A stretch of DNA of 62,604 nt, the filler included, from Sphacelaria rigidula (taxonomy: Eukaryota): assembly GCA_964200075.2 (NCBI GenBank). It is 11 parts of 11 records of this genome, joined end to end, with 100 filler letters (N's around TTAATTAATTAA, not from the genome) between each part and the next. Parts side by side here need not be neighbours in the genome. Positions count along the whole stretch, not along the records: positions 51,305 to 56,904 come from CAXNAA020025974.1; positions 57,005 to 62,604 come from CAXNAA020025975.1; 9 more parts are not named here. One strand, 5' to 3'. The notes below the pieces were generated by a model, which saw only the letters and a program-made list of their open reading frames with translations, was not told where the DNA came from and searched no databases. Position numbers and translations under genes: made by a program. Position 1 is the first letter of the stretch; each line of letters starts with the position of its first letter. Of this stretch, positions 52,376 to 62,604 are shown piece by piece.

Positions 52376-52685
52376 TTGCATTGTGCTGGAAAATGACTGT
52401 ATAGGGGATTACCAGAATTGTGAGAGTGACGTAGAGTCGGACCCGCTATCAATATGACAAGGTACTCTTGTTTCAAGCTCGTTTCGTAGGCTCGGTGTGC
52501 GTTTACACAACACTGGCAGCCGAGACAATAGTATTGGCGAGGCCTACAACAGCAATGGAAAGATTCAATGACGCGGAAAAGGTAGTGTAGTCCAACTTGT
52601 GTAAGGTTAGGCCTCTATACCCGTGAGTCACCCACCTAGGGCGCCAGACCTCTTTTCGGAACAAAATCGCCAGCTAGCTGATCTT

Positions 52686-55600
52686 CTACGCCGATAAACC
52701 CGACGATAGAGGCACCACGTTCTGTTCCCAAGCAACACTCCTGAAGATAGAATGTGGTGTATTTCTTGATCCAAGATTCGTTCTGAAGTGAGTTTTGGAC
52801 GAAATCAGCTGTTGCCAATATTTTTCAGTGGTCCACGTCGGGGTAAAGGGTCGGCGCCCACAGACTGAAGGACTAATTCTTGCAATAATCGACCAATACG
52901 CCGTACGATGGCAGCGTGTGATGAACAACAGTACTGTCGGTAGAGTAGAGCACGATTCAGCTCAAGTCATCCACAGGGTTTCAACCGATAATTTTGGTAG
53001 CGGTACCTCGTATATTCCGTCAGATCCCAAACTAGAGAACTTTTCAACATTGAATTATTGTTGGTGTGCAGTTCTGAATGAAGGAGTTGGGTGGGTTGAT
53101 CGATGCATGGGAGGTACATGTTCAGGTCATGAGATTGTGTTTGGATTGAACCTGAATCTGTACCCCCCCCCCCCGAGGTATAAACCTGTGCTCATACCTG
53201 CAATCAGGTATATCCATAACGGTATACTCGAACCTCGGGTAGGGGTATGGGAGGCTTACATAGCTCACAGAACTGTCGGGTACCGGTACTGGATGAAAGT
53301 CTTGCAGAACTTACGGAATTGGTCGGGTACGGTATGCGAGGCTTGCAGAAAACCGGTAGGGGCAATCGGGTATTTCTCCAAGAGCATACCCGCGCTTCGG
53401 GTACGGGTAAACATTCTGTACAGAACTCAAAGAACTGTCGGGTGAAGGTATGAGAGGCTTATAGAACTCACAGAAACTGTCGGGAAGGGTATGGAGGTTG
53501 CACAGAAAACCGTACCCGCAATCAGGTATATATATCATCAAGAGGGTACCCGTGCCCCCCGGTAACGGTACGGGAGTCTTACAGATATTCCAGAACTATC
53601 GGGTGAGGGTATGAAAGTCTTACAGAGATCTGTGTGACAGTTTAAGAGACAACCAACGAGACTACTGACCAGTCAGCGCTGACTGACTGGTCAGTAGTTT
53701 CGTTGTTGGTTGTCTCGTAAACCGTCACAAAAGTTAGTCGTGGGGGTTTGATCCCCGTCACCTTCACTCCGAGGAGGGCGACTCCCCTTGCCAGTGCTCG
53801 AGCGACTGCCATCAGGATCTTTAATGCCGTCGTTCTCACCGTACCCTTGAGTTACTCGTCTCACCCACTCATTTCCAGAGTGTGCACTGGGGTCCCAACT
53901 CCAAGCATAGCCACCAGGCTATACCCCACACTTTTCCTTAGAGCTAATTTTCGACAGATGTTTTCTCTCCTCTTTTTCCTTCATAGAAAGTGCGTCCGAC
54001 GGGAATCGAACCAGCGACTAACTTTTGTGACGGTTCACGAGACAAAAGTTAGTCGCTGGTTCGATTCCCGTCGGACGCACTTTCTTTGGAAAAGAGGAGA
54101 GAAGACCTCTGTCAAAAATTGGACCAAAAGAAAAAGGGAGGAGTATAGCCTGGTGGCTATGTTTAGAGTTGACTGCTAGGGATCCCAGTGCATACACTCT
54201 TGGAATGAGTGGGGAAGACGAATAACTCTACGGTACGGTCAGAGTGACAACATTAGAGGTCCTGTTTGCAGTCGATAGAGCGCTGGCAAGGGGAGTCGCC
54301 CTCCTCGAAGTGAAGGTGACGGGGATCAAACCCCCATGACTAACTTTTGTGACGGTTTAAGAGACAACCAGCTGGACTACTGACCAGTCGTCAGTAGTAG
54401 TCAAGGTGGTTGTCTCTTAAACCGTCACACTCCAGATCAGTGGGTAGAAAATCTCGGTGCACTAGTGTTCAGCTGCTGTACTACTCGGGAAGCGAACGCC
54501 CCCGAGCTGCCATCCCACGTTTACCACCATTGCGAAGACAACAAGACAAGAACACGAACAGCAGCAGTTGTGGTCGCCACATACCAACGCATCTGCAGTA
54601 AAAGGCGTGCCTGACATCGTGCTAGAACGAGGGAGAACGGAAATTTGGATACCAGGACCAGCAGCGTCGGGCATGCCTTGGGTTCTGTCTCGAAAACGTC
54701 TGTCACAAGACGACCGTGTTTCATCGGTGAACTCGTCCTATACAAGCCAAGGGGTGAAAGGGCATTCGCTCATGATACGTGAGATTGTCCTTTGTACACA
54801 TCCCCACAGAACAGAGCAGCACATGGAGGATTCCACCAAAGCAAATGACGTGACATTGGTTCCAAAAATAGCATTTGGTCGAAGATGCAAGTTTGTGAAC
54901 ATCGCATGGTATACATATCCTTTTTAGTATGTACAGGCGGTCAGCTGAAACATCGTGGCTCTGCTGACCTGAAGATAGAAAACCATACATACTGTACTGT
55001 ACTCTGTACTGCTGTGCAAGTGATTATCTCACCCCCAGTGAAACCCAAGTACCTATACACTCGTCTTCTACATCAACAGACATACTACATGCACTTATAA
55101 GATTGGATCTTACAAATTGGGGATGGATCTTTTATTGGGGACGAGGGACCCGGAGAACTAAAATCTTCGTATCCACATCAAATCTTCGAAACATGGTTCC
55201 ATTTCTTCACCTACTGATAGCTATTGATAACTGCTACACGCCGTAGAAATTTGTATTTCGATCACCGACATGTTGGGATCCTAGGTGAAACACCAATTTT
55301 GGGGAATTTCTGGTGTCCGAACGGACGCCAAAATGGTTCCGAAATTGGTTTTTCACCTAGGACCCCAACATTTCGGTGATCGAAATCCAAATTTCTATCG
55401 CGTGTAGCATTTGTTGATGGTTATCACTAGGTGAAGAAATGGAACCGTATTTTGAAGATTTGGTGTGGATAAGAAGATTTTAATTCTCCGGGTTTCTCAT
55501 CCCCAATAAAAGATCCATCCCCAATTTGTAAGGTCCCGTGTTTCATCGGCAGCTTCTGCAATGCTACATGAAGTCTGCCATGCCAGTTTGTTCTGTTTCT

Positions 55601-56658
55601 CTTGACCAAAAATCATTCATCAAGGCTAGCTTGGCCTTACGAAGATGGTACGACACCTCCGCCATGTTGCACCTCTCTGCTGTAATATTGCCGTACAAAC
55701 ACTGTTGTAATACCAGCCGCGCAAGGCATCGTGCTTGCAGTCAGTGGAGCTTGAAGCTGTTTGTGTGTTTCAGGTGCCGAACGTACTAAGATGTTGTTTT
55801 TCGGGCTACAGTACTCTGCAGTAAAAGAGCGGGGGGGGGTTGAGGGCGGATCCGGTTTAAGAGAGACTGCTGCCGAGATAGCCCCCCCCCCGAACCAGCC
55901 AAAAACGTGCACGGAGCCGATGATCATAAACGTCGTTAGAGCTGGCTTGGTGCTGCACGACGCGACTCATTTGGGCGTTATAGCTGATCTCGGACTGCTA
56001 CATGCCTCTCGTGTGGGCGAAATCGCTGCAAACAAGCCAAATAGTGGGATCGCAGCCGGTTTGTCGGACGGTCTCCAGTGCACTTTTGTGGGGAGGCTAT
56101 CTCGCACTAGTCGAGAAAAGAGAGTTCGGTTCAAGAGAATGGGCCCGGTTTGAAAGAAACCGGGGCTTGGTTGAAGAGAGTGGTGTGCCAAGATTCTTTT
56201 ACCTCTCTTAAACCGGCACTTAAACTGAGCTCTCTCGAACCGTGTACACCCTTTCGCGTGACTGCCACCCTCCTTCAAGCCCCTGGTCTGTTCGTGTGCT
56301 GCTTCACCGTCTCGGTATCTTGTTTCTCACCCTAGCTTGCTAGGTTAGAAACTGTCGAACAGCAATACGAAACGTTTCCGGAATCGACATCGGACAGTGC
56401 TCGAACAACGGAACAGAAATCGACAAGTTACCGTTCGTATCAGAAAACAATGCGCATGGTACGCCTTTGCAGCTTGGAATACACAGATTTTGATGGAAAG
56501 AAACTTCTCCGGGCCCCCATGTGTGTTTTACCCACCTGCAAAAGTCTTTCCTCGTTCATCGATGCCTGGCTTGGGGACAGGGAAGTCGTCCTCCCACCGC
56601 TTTTCAGAACCGTTACAATTTTGTACATGCAGCATGCAGATCATAATAATCAAACAAC
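52686..56658 (-). CDS. Putative multi-exon gene, unidentified (candidate exons 56536-56658, 55641-55756, 54585-54737, 52686-52808)
   Basis: GT-AG sites give a phase-consistent chain ..SEKRWEDDFPVPKPGIDERGKTFA|ASSSTDCKHDALRGWYYNSVC...RTIF|DEFTDETRSSCDRRF...ADAL|..; the MITEs in this span all fall in predicted introns. Confidence 0.45.
53200..53625 (+). repeat. Degenerate ~40-bp CAGAACT...TCGGGTA minisatellite-like repeat
   Basis: Recurrent CAGAACT(C/T)ACAGAA..GTCGGGTA.GGTA units; resembles a repeat I recall as abundant in Ectocarpus-type genomes. Confidence 0.75.
53632..54430. mobile_element. Hierarchical palindrome composed of tRNA-like SINE heads
   Basis: Whole ~800 bp is an inverted repeat centred ~54035; terminal hairpins 53632-53729 and 54348-54430; four B-box-like motifs. 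Confidence 0.85.
55105..55544. mobile_element. Foldback MITE, second copy of 25377-25813
   Basis: GGATCTTACAAATTGGGGATGG...CCATCCCCAATTTGTAAGGTCCCGTGTTTC. Confidence 0.9.
55865..56112. mobile_element. MITE, GAC-ended group (subfamily B)
   Basis: TIRs GACTGCTGCCGAGATAGCC / GGCTATCTCGCACTAGTC; perfect 4-bp TSD GAGA. Confidence 0.87.
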
Positions 56659-56904
56659 CTAGCTTGCACAGGTCTTGCGACTTCGATGCAGTTGGTTTGC
56701 GTGATCACGTCCTCCTGACATCGGAATAACTATTACTTATGGGAAGCTACTACTCGTACTGTACCGAGCTGTTCACGTGACCAGCGTGCTGCACATTGCC
56801 TATGCGCCACGCTAGCAACAGTTAGGTCACTACCATAGGTATCTTTGTTCACTGCGCATGTCAAAAAGGTCTCTACAAGTGTTTGATCTCTCATACACCC
56901 CCCT

Positions 56905-57004
56905 NNNNNNNNNNNNNNNNNNNNNNNNNNNNNNNNNNNNNNNNNNNNTTAATTAATTAANNNNNNNNNNNNNNNNNNNNNNNNNNNNNNNNNNNNNNNN
57001 NNNN
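56905..57004. other. Artificial contig spacer
   Basis: Same 100-bp linker. Confidence 0.99.
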
Positions 57005-57585
57005 ACCACCTGCCTCACCCCCTCCTCCCCTCCCCACCCCCTTCTCCCCCCCCAATTAACCCCCCCCCCCCCCCCCCCTGTTATTATTCTCGGTTTTACT
57101 TCATTATTCTGTGATTTTCCTCTAGTTACTTTTTTTCTTCATCGTTTTTTCGAATTTTCTCCAACGAGTGTCTTCCTCTATGTTGACCTTGGACACGTTC
57201 ATTGTGTGGATGATGACCACAGCTGGCTTTCTCAGACAACAGTTGATGTGCGACTGTGAATGTCCAATTGTAGTGGCGACCACCGTGGTGTGTTAGTCAT
57301 GATCCCTCAGCCTGATTTTTTCGCAATAGTTGGTTCCTTTCCTTTATCATGTTCCAGCGCGCGATTTCGGCTACTTTTCCCGACGGTGCTGCAGGTACGC
57401 CACGCATCCTGTACAGCTGTGTAGAAACTACTTTAGGGGCGGTGAACTGGGATGATGTCATCTCTCAAGTTTCTCCCGAAGGTCCTCGCAAGGGCCTGGT
57501 TTATAGCAGAGGAAACCGGCAATGCCATTTATTTATGCGTGTTGTCGCCTGCGTGATTATTTGTCGTGTTCCACCGCTCAAAAAG

Positions 57586-60500
57586 GCTGCCTCCGAGCGA
57601 CGGCTGAACGAGGCACCCCAGTTCCAACAACTGAAGAAGCTTGTCGCGTCCAAGAGCAAACAGGTACGATATATATATATATATATATGTGTGTGTGTAT
57701 TCAAAGGTCTGCCACGCTGGGGATTCAGGGTGATGCACTTGATGTTTGCCGCGGTGGGTCGTGGTGCATGCTGGATTGCCTTCGATTCTTTGTCGCACTG
57801 CTTTATTATTTCAGATTATCGGAACCGAAATGATAAAAAGAAACAGGCACGACCATACAGCGGACAGCTGCAAAAAGTGGTGTATGCTGAGTGATAGCGG
57901 TGATGACGGTTGGGTGACGACGAGCTGTGTTGCCAAAGCATGACCAATTGAAAAAGTACGTACATTCTCTGTTGTTGTTGTTGTTGTTGTTGTGTGTTTC
58001 GTCTCGCGCAGGACACATGTCTAACTAAGATTACGTGTGAACGCTCCCGGGCAAGCGGGACAATTAGACCTACTCTCAAAACAGTACACTTCACAAACCC
58101 CTTCAGCTCCACGTCAACCTGCGACATTTTTCACTTTCGAAAGCGTGATGAGATAGTGCAACGTTTTCCCATCACCGTTCACGTTCGACGAGGGCGACAT
58201 TCGACCTTCGACCCAAGCTGTCAGTGCCTGAAAGTATGCGCGTGATTGGCAATACGCGGAGCCCTGATGGTGGCTCTGACACTTTGATTCTGAAAAACGG
58301 ACATTTGATTCTTTCCACGCATACGCGATGGACACAGGAGACAGCAGAACGCAAGAAGAGCGTCACTGTTTCCTTCGGGCTAGAGTTTCGTTTGCACCAT
58401 CTCGCTGTATATGTGTGGCTGCTGTATGTGTGTGGCTGCATTGTGCAAAACACATGATAACGTAAGGTTGATCAGCTAGTGCAGGATTTTCCATCACCGC
58501 TAACCTCAGACGAGCGCAAGATTCCACGTTGAACCAAGCTATCAGTGCCTAAATATCCACGTAATTGGTCATACGCGGAGCCCTGATGGTGGTTCTGACG
58601 CTTTGATTATGAAGAACAGAAACTTCAATCTTACATGCATACATGATGAACGCGCAAAAGACACCAAAACGCAAGAAAAGCATCGATGTTTCCTTCAGGC
58701 TGGAGTTCTCTTTGGACAATTTACGTCTGTAAATGTGCAACACGCTCACGTTGAAGCGGTAACACGATTAGGTTTCCTCACAGCGTAGGCGTTCGATCAG
58801 GGACAGCGTCAGCAAGAACAATAAAAATTGCAGCTCATCGCATGGCGCTTTTTTCGCAGGCATTTCTTTGTTTCTCGGCTTCGATTTCTCGGAGTTGGGT
58901 GAATTTCGGCATCACATTTTTTTCGTTTTTTCGTCTCTTTCTGGGTTGTCTATGATTTGACAATCGCAGCCTTTATTGTATATGTGCAACACATGACGTT
59001 CAAACGGTAACGCGATTGTATTTCCATACATCATAGCCGTCTGAATCGTGTATGCGCGACATATGCGTGCGACATATGCGTGCGTCATATCAATTTGATT
59101 TCAATCAACAGCAATCACAGGCGCTGTGTTTGTTGTTGCCTGTTTGCAAGCATTTCTGTGTTCCTAAGATTCTATTTCCCGGCGTTCGGGGTTTGGTGAA
59201 TTTAAGAGCCGATTTGCCGCAGTTCGGTGAATTTTGCAGCCGAATTTTATTGTCTCTGTCCTGGCCGTCTACTTTAACGTCACAGGAGTGTTCCGTTTGA
59301 GGGCGTGTCTTAGGGCGTGTCTTGGCAACTTTTTTTTCCGATCAAAAAAATGTGGCGGTGGAATCGCCTTGAGCGAAATTTTCTCGTTTTGATGCAGTCG
59401 GGTCCTCCAGATGGATTTTCAACCTTTCAATCGAAAAGAGACAGTGAAATTCGCTAAACGGCACATGGTCACGGGGGTACGGTACAGAATTTTTTCACTG
59501 TCTGCATCGCTTACAAGTAGTGTCTTGGGTGCGTGTGTGCGTGTTTCGATCAGGAGGATATAGAAGAGAAGCGGGCAACGTGCAGTGCAGACAGCCCAGG
59601 ACTGTGAGTTCTCTCTGCTTACAATGCGACGTGAAAAAGACTTCAGCAACGTGCAGCGTTGTGCTGCCTGCACTTTCCATGAGCGTGCACGCAACTCGGT
59701 TGCGCACCGTACCACGCAGTTCCGTCGCTGATCCCTACCATGAGAGAAGATGCAAAGTCAAGTTTTCCCCAACAAAAATAAACAAAGCACAACCAACTGC
59801 TGCAGTGTATCTATCCCTTGGCTCAACTCGTGCGCTATGCTGCAGGATTGCGGTGGTAGTTGAGAATGAGTTGAATGGCGTCTGCATGGTCCTGTGGACA
59901 GGTGTATTCTGGCGTGGTGGTCTGTAAGACACGAGTCAAGTGCCTCTTCGTGCCTTCGACTGCATGTTTTCGATCGAACACGATTGTTTTTCACGTCGTT
60001 GCATTCTTCTCCGCGCGCCGCTAATTATAATTTTGAGTTGAAGCCTTCTGGGAACATAAATGTGGTGGACGCATCAGGTCGGTGAAAAACAAATCGACCG
60101 CACTTTTTCGGTCGAAGAAAAAAGTGCGAAGGAGGCAGGGCGCGTCTCAGCACATGGGTGTCACATCGATGGTTGAAATCACGACCTATCAGACCGGGAT
60201 TTTGTTTCCCACCGCACATTTTCGATCGAAAACCAATGTGCTAAGAAACGCCCCAAGGCCAACTCAAATGAGAGCCGTTCAAAACTCCTCTCGAAAACTG
60301 CCTTGTGGGCCCTTCCTCGCCGATTTACGCCCGAAAAGAGGGCTGGGCGGATCTTGACGCCTTGGAACGGCTTGGTCTACTCGTTGAGACCGTTGTAGGG
60401 CAACTTTATATTTCCCGCTGGCCGCACTCTTGTTTTTGGCCAAATGAGGCCAAACACGTATTTTCATTAAAAAACGGTCAGGTGATCAAAATTTCCCCGT

Positions 60501-61990
60501 GTTTTTTATTTGCTTTACCGTTTTTCAGTGAAAACCCGTGTTTGGTTAAAAATGGAAGTGCGGCCAGCGGGAAATGCCAAGTTGTCCTGGAACGGTCTCA
60601 TTGAGTAGAGGAAGTCGTTCCAAGGCCTCAACACCCGCCTAGCCCTCTTTTCAGGCGTAAAACGACGAAGAAGGACCAAACAGGCAGTTTTGAACAGGAA
60701 TTTTGAACGGAAAACTGACTTGTTGGTCTCAACCGAGTCTAATGATGCCGCGCCCCGGTGGTGTAATGATCCGACTGTCGCCATTAGGGTGGAGAGAACG
60801 GGGATTCGATTCCCGATGCGTTGGGTTCTTTCTTCGCAATGTATGACTTCCGCCGTGGGAAGCGTGAGAACGTGAGTAAACAAAGTAGTCGACAGGGTGT
60901 GTGTGACGTGAGTCGACGCGGTGCGGGAGTGCTGACTCAATCCGCCACACCAAAATGTAAGGCGCGTACGGAGGGAGAGATGGGTTGATCCTTCGCGACC
61001 ACGGACTCATCCCGAGGAAGGGGAGGGGTTCAAAGTGTGAGGGAAAAAAAAGGGGGAGCCGTTCAAAATTTCTGTTCAAAACTGCATTTTTGGACCTTGT
61101 CGGTCGCTTTTCGCCTGAGAAGAGGGCGAGGCGAATATCGACACTTTGGAATGACTTGCTCTACTCATTGAGGCCGTTCCAGGGCAACTTTGCATTTCCT
61201 GCTGGCCGCACTTTCATTTTGGCCAAACACGGATTTCCACCTGACAGTTTTTTACTGAGAACCCGTGCTTGACCTGATTTGGCCAGAAACAAAAGTGCGA
61301 CCAGCGGGAAATGCAAAGTTGCCCTAGGACGGTCTCAACGAGTAGACCAAGTCATTCCGAGGCGTCAAGATGCGTCCAACCCTCTTTTCGGGCGTAAATC
61401 GACGGAAAAGGGCCCAAAAGGCCGTTTTCGAGAGGAATTATTGAACGACAACCATTAGGGTTACGGCATAAGACACGCCCTGAAAGGATAAAAAAAAATG
61501 CGCGAACGAACGGATCGAACATGACGCCCGTGCCGAATCTTCCATCTTCTACTCATCACATATAACATAGTTTCATAACCGATACAGATTTTCAGTATTT
61601 GGCTCAAACTCTTGGTAGGAGTGATTGCCTTAACCAACTCCCGAATTAAATTAATCCCTTTCCACGCCTATCGTGGAGGACGGGGCCGCCGATAGGGGCC
61701 CCCATCCGATCCTTGTACATGCTACAATTGCGATTCTTCGGGAATCCCTGCCACGTCATCATGTGCAGAGCGGCAGGATCGCAGATGGTTCAATATTTGT
61801 TCAATCGATGCCTTGAAACGTCGGAATGACCAGGCTCCACATGCCGGTGTGACTGCATGCATCTCGCGACCGGTGTTTGTCCGCGCAGGTGGTAACCCTC
61901 CGCCGAAGACTCGCTCGCTACGAGCCAGACGACGATGAAGATGCGAAGCGAGATTCAGAAGACGAAGACGGGGACGAGGGACTCGACTAG
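57586..61990 (+). CDS. LZTFL1: LZTFL1/BBS17 homolog, last two exons (57586-57663, 61889-61990) across a 4.2-kb intron
   Basis: AASERRLNEAPQFQQLKKLVASKSKQ|VVTLRRRLARYEPDDDED...* fits the LZTFL1 C-terminus (..K...K..QI.DLR.RL..YEP.D); gtacga donor, cgcag acceptor, phase 0. Confidence 0.85.
58166..58708. repeat. Tandem duplication, ~320-bp spacing
   Basis: ATACGCGGAGCCCTGATGGTGG.TCTGAC.CTTTGATT at ~58252 and ~58571 with aligned flanks. Confidence 0.8.
59300..60255. mobile_element. Old TIR-bounded element (~950 bp)
   Basis: GGGCGTGTCTT...TTTCCGATCAAAAAAATGTGGCGGTGGAA vs TTCCCACCGCACATTTTCGATCGAAAA...AAGAAACGCCCC in inverted orientation. Confidence 0.45.
60275..61447. mobile_element. Two foldback units (60275-60710, 61059-61447) in inverted orientation flanking a SINE
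   Basis: Each unit has CCGTTCAA...TTGAACG ends and ~165-bp inverted arms; unit 2 is the reverse complement of unit 1. Confidence 0.85.
60747..61051 (+). mobile_element. tRNA-derived SINE, second copy
   Basis: Colinear with 34218-34527; A/B boxes TGGTGTAATGA / GATTCGATTCCC; A-rich tail. Confidence 0.85.
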
Positions 61991-62289
61991 ATGTACCCTT
62001 GCCTTTGAGTAGCGAAGGATCAACTGATTGATCGAATTTTGTTTGAAAAACAACGCACCGACGAATTCGGGTCGACCAAAATACGGCTGCATGCTTGTCG
62101 AAAAACAGGTCGTTCAACGACGACGTTCAGGGAATAGCAGAGGATGGAGAAGTGCAGGGAGAGCTCGACCCGTAGTTAGAAACATTTTTCTTCTTGTGTA
62201 CATTTCGGATCCTTGACCATATCGTGTAGATTTTCGGAAACAGGCTACGCAGCTTCGTGAAGTTTGAGGAATGTGTCTGATGCATATTT

Positions 62290-62507
62290 GACGCTTTCTA
62301 CGATAGTCCTCCCCCAAACCAGCCCAAAAATGTCACGAATAATATGGTCATACAGCGCGTGATATTTGGGTTCAGGCTGCATGAAGCGCCTCATATGGGC
62401 GACATTGGCGAGGACGAACCCAAGCGTGGGAATTCCCAGCTGCTCGTCGTGCTCGGCATTTTCCATTTCAATTTACGTGAAGATTTTGCCTCCCCAAATC
62501 AGGCACG

Positions 62508-62520
<13 letters not shown>
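62290..62520. mobile_element. MITE, GAC-ended group (subfamily A), inverted copy of 6606-6855
   Basis: GACGCTTTCTACGATAGTCC... colinear with the reverse complement of 6606-6855; other end lost in poly-G. Confidence 0.82.
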
Positions 62521-62538
<18 letters not shown>

Positions 62539-62604
62539 GTGCACCTTTTTTTTGTGCGGGTTGGGGTGGGCGAGCGAGACCGCCCCCTCCTTGCGAGGCG
62601 AAAC

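Noticed and set aside
53200..53625. CRISPR array
   Set aside because: Degenerate units with no unique spacers, no cas genes, eukaryotic context
54001..54080. Pair of tRNA genes
   Set aside because: Only 3' half-heads with B boxes inside a palindrome; no complete tRNA fold
17230..61990. Flagellar gene cluster (dynein heavy chain + LZTFL1)
   Set aside because: The genes lie on different, artificially joined contigs

Overview
This window is not one locus. It is 11 unrelated short contigs (four of 5601 bp, then seven of 5600 bp, i.e. size-sorted) joined by ten artificial 100-bp spacers (N44-TTAATTAATTAA-N44), so nothing should be inferred across spacers. The DNA is eukaryotic, intron-rich and repeat-rich, most consistent with a brown alga or other flagellated photosynthetic stramenopile (inferred from short exons with long introns, flagellar genes, an AF-type bipartite plastid presequence and Ectocarpus-like repeats). 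Most ORF-track entries are spurious. Manual splicing recovers 7 exons of a DNAH2/DHC10-like axonemal dynein heavy chain (one GC-AG intron), the last 2 exons of WDR70, the last 2 exons of LZTFL1/BBS17, and several unidentified spliced genes. Mobile DNA includes an internally deleted Ty1/copia element with both LTRs, a second heavily decayed copia, a chromodomain Ty3/gypsy integrase relic, a probably non-autonomous gypsy-derived LTR element, a tyrosine-recombinase (Ngaro/DIRS-type) retrotransposon fragment, an RTE-like LINE relic, a tRNA-derived SINE family and several MITE/foldback families. The most unusual structures are a roughly 800-bp hierarchical palindrome built from tRNA-like Pol III heads (53632-54430), a palindrome-of-palindromes with a SINE at its centre (60275-61447), and a MITE group with GAC...GTC ends and 4-bp TSDs. 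No CRISPR array, rRNA or bona fide tRNA gene was found. All calls are by eye; no database searches were run.
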